A DNA stretch of 64,000 bases, taken from Tepidamorphaceae bacterium. Its GTDB lineage: Bacteria; Pseudomonadota; Alphaproteobacteria; Rhizobiales; JAKSCL01. The DNA lies in contig JANQPO010000014.1 in assembly GCA_028289445.1 (NCBI GenBank), positions 238,912-302,911 on the forward strand. The letters are read 5' to 3'. The notes below the pieces were generated by a model. That model was not told where the DNA came from. It saw nothing but the letters and a program-made list of their open reading frames with translations, and did no database searches. Of the stretch, positions 62,940 through 64,000 are shown piece by piece (the first letter of the stretch is position 1; each line of letters opens with the position of its first letter). A program made the translations under genes and the position numbers.

Positions 62940-63119
62940 TTCATGAACATAAGTGCGAACGTCGTTCGCCGCCGATTCCACGCCATTTGAAGACGCCAGC
63001 ACCCGCATCAGCTCGTCGCGAGAGCCCATGATCCTGACTTCGTGCTCAGCGACCTCGACGCGCTGCGCGAAAGCCCGCAGATGGTCGCGCCGAAATCCGC
63101 CGACTTTTAAGTGTGCGAC
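62940..63119 (-). pseudogene. Probable C-terminal remnant of a large (serine-type) recombinase
   Basis: The minus-strand frame reads VAHLKVGGFRRDHLRAFAQRVEVAEHEVRIMGSRDELMRVLASSNG. This resembles the xxYLRxLIxRVEVxxxEIRIxGSKxxL C-terminal segment of large recombinases of alphaproteobacterial islands, as I recall it. The frame runs on into the tRNA 3' end and is cut off upstream by a stop at 63120-22. Confidence 0.35.
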
Positions 63120-63374
63120 CTAGCCTTTCAAGTTGCCAATGACTGCATCTCTTGTCTTAGAGAATTTGCCCCGTGAATCGCCTCGCGCCGGTATTGACCG
63201 GCTCCTTTTGCCCTCGAGACTGTCTGCGGCGACTGCGGCCTGAACGTGCGAGTTTTGGGTAAGGAGCCTTTGTGTATCAGTTGCGTTGGCTGCTGAGTTG
63301 GAAACAACCAACGTGACCACCGAGGCTAAGATGGTTATAGCAGCTTCAATCTTCAGCGAGTTACTGTTTGACAT
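63120..63374 (-). CDS. Small secreted hypothetical protein (84 aa)
   Basis: Signal-peptide-like N-terminus (LKIEAAITILASVVTLVVSNSAANA). GGAAGGGA lies 7 nt upstream of the ATG. AT-rich context. Confidence 0.5.
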   Translation of the reverse strand: MSNSNSLKIEAAITILASVVTLVVSNSAANATDTQRLLTQNSHVQAAVAADSLEGKRSRSIPARGDSRGKFSKTRDAVIGNLKG

Positions 63375-63664
63375 CGTGGATTCCCTTCCAGAAGTGGCTC
63401 ATTATCGGAGCGGTTGTGAGAATCTACCAGAATTGAACTGAATGCAGTTTGAGCGGTTTATTCAGATGTCATTCACGAACGGAACATACTTGTCTTCAAC
63501 CACCTATGAGAGTGTCGCTTGGAAGCCGGTGGATGCAGTTTCCAGTGTGCTGAACTGAACTGCCAGATGTGATAAGCTAAAGGCTCACTGTGGATAGGTG
63601 GAAGCTGAGTAACCGATCTCTTATCCGACCCAGCAAGGTAAAAAGTTCAGGAAGTGAGGGTATC

Positions 63665-63964
63665 GTGAACAGCACTAATAGCAGCGCATACAAATTTTTT
63701 GGCTTTTTCGCATTTCTGGTTGTTTCACTTTTCCTGATCGCATGGGCGCAGGCACAAACCCTTAAAAATACAACGCGGGAAGTCCGCTTCTCGGGCTGCT
63801 GCGTCAGTTGCAGTACCGTTGCTTGTTCGGGGTGCGCATCGTCTTCGTCCGGTCATTGCTCTAATTCGCGACCATACAAGGCCAACTGCACATTGATGGA
63901 CGATAGGTCTCGTTGCGTTCCTGCAAGCCAATCAAATCCCGCGAAACGCCTGAAATCAAACTGA
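63665..63964 (+). CDS. Secreted Cys/Ser-rich small protein (99 aa precursor)
   Basis: GTG at 63665 follows GTGAGGG. Signal peptide KFFGFFAFLVVSLFLIAWA|QA. The mature ~70 aa contains 8 Cys and many Ser/Thr (GCCVSCSTVACSGCASSSSGHCSNS). The track start at 63590 is less likely. Confidence 0.5.
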   Translation: MNSTNSSAYKFFGFFAFLVVSLFLIAWAQAQTLKNTTREVRFSGCCVSCSTVACSGCASSSSGHCSNSRPYKANCTLMDDRSRCVPASQSNPAKRLKSN

Positions 63965-64000
63965 TTTCACGGTTCGGTCTTTGGTTAGTTCGATCTCAGA

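Noticed and set aside
62811-63031. Two 72-aa ORFs (62811..63029 minus strand, 62813..63031 plus strand) covering the tRNA-Ser gene.
   Set aside because: They are read-through of the tRNA cloverleaf (the GWDSNPRDG and VGSNPTPS peptides are translations of the T-arm). Only the part of the minus-strand frame outside the tRNA is kept, as a possible recombinase remnant.

Overview
This is a high-GC alphaproteobacterial chromosome segment. The gene order looks Rhizobiales/Hyphomicrobiales-like, but that is inferred from synteny only because no database search was possible. About 59.6 kb is densely packed, conserved housekeeping DNA. In order: bamA (5' partial)-lpxD-fabZ-lpxA-lpxI-lpxB; gltA and gltX on the minus strand; comEC; lexA with an alphaproteobacterial GTTC-N7-GTTC SOS box; a minus-strand block of ppiD-trpE-trpG-trpD-trpC-moaC-moeA; tpiA-secG-pyrG-kdsA; a DUF1835-like gene; eno-ftsB-pdhA-pdhB-(small inserted ORF)-pdhC-lpdA; a GlsB/YeaQ-like gene; lipA; a RatA/COQ10-like gene; cinA-like and ispDF on the minus strand; dusB-ntrB-ntrC-ntrY-ntrX-trkA-trkH; a class IV aminotransferase; hfq-hflX; and a minus-strand block of rlpA-dac-tmk-holB-metG-tatD-MBL hydrolase-mazG. 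Many adjacent genes overlap by 1-4 nt. The last ~4.4 kb is accessory DNA centred on a tRNA-Ser(UGA) gene. (1) A 3,123-bp IS1-family element (59656..62778) has perfect 18-bp terminal inverted repeats and an intact 8-bp target-site duplication (GGCGCGCG). It carries its transposase plus four cargo ORFs: a fused XRE-HTH/ImmA-IrrE (HEXXH) protein, a tightly coupled 161-aa protein I cannot place in any family, and an overlapping Zn-ribbon/basic small-protein pair. This cargo module is my best candidate for an undescribed system. (2) Directly 3' of the tRNA lies an apparent C-terminal remnant of a recombinase. It is followed by visibly AT-richer DNA encoding two small secreted proteins, one very Cys/Ser-rich. 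I saw no rRNA genes or CRISPR arrays. Start codons are best guesses from sequence context, and all functional calls rest on my recognition of protein motifs and families in the supplied translations.
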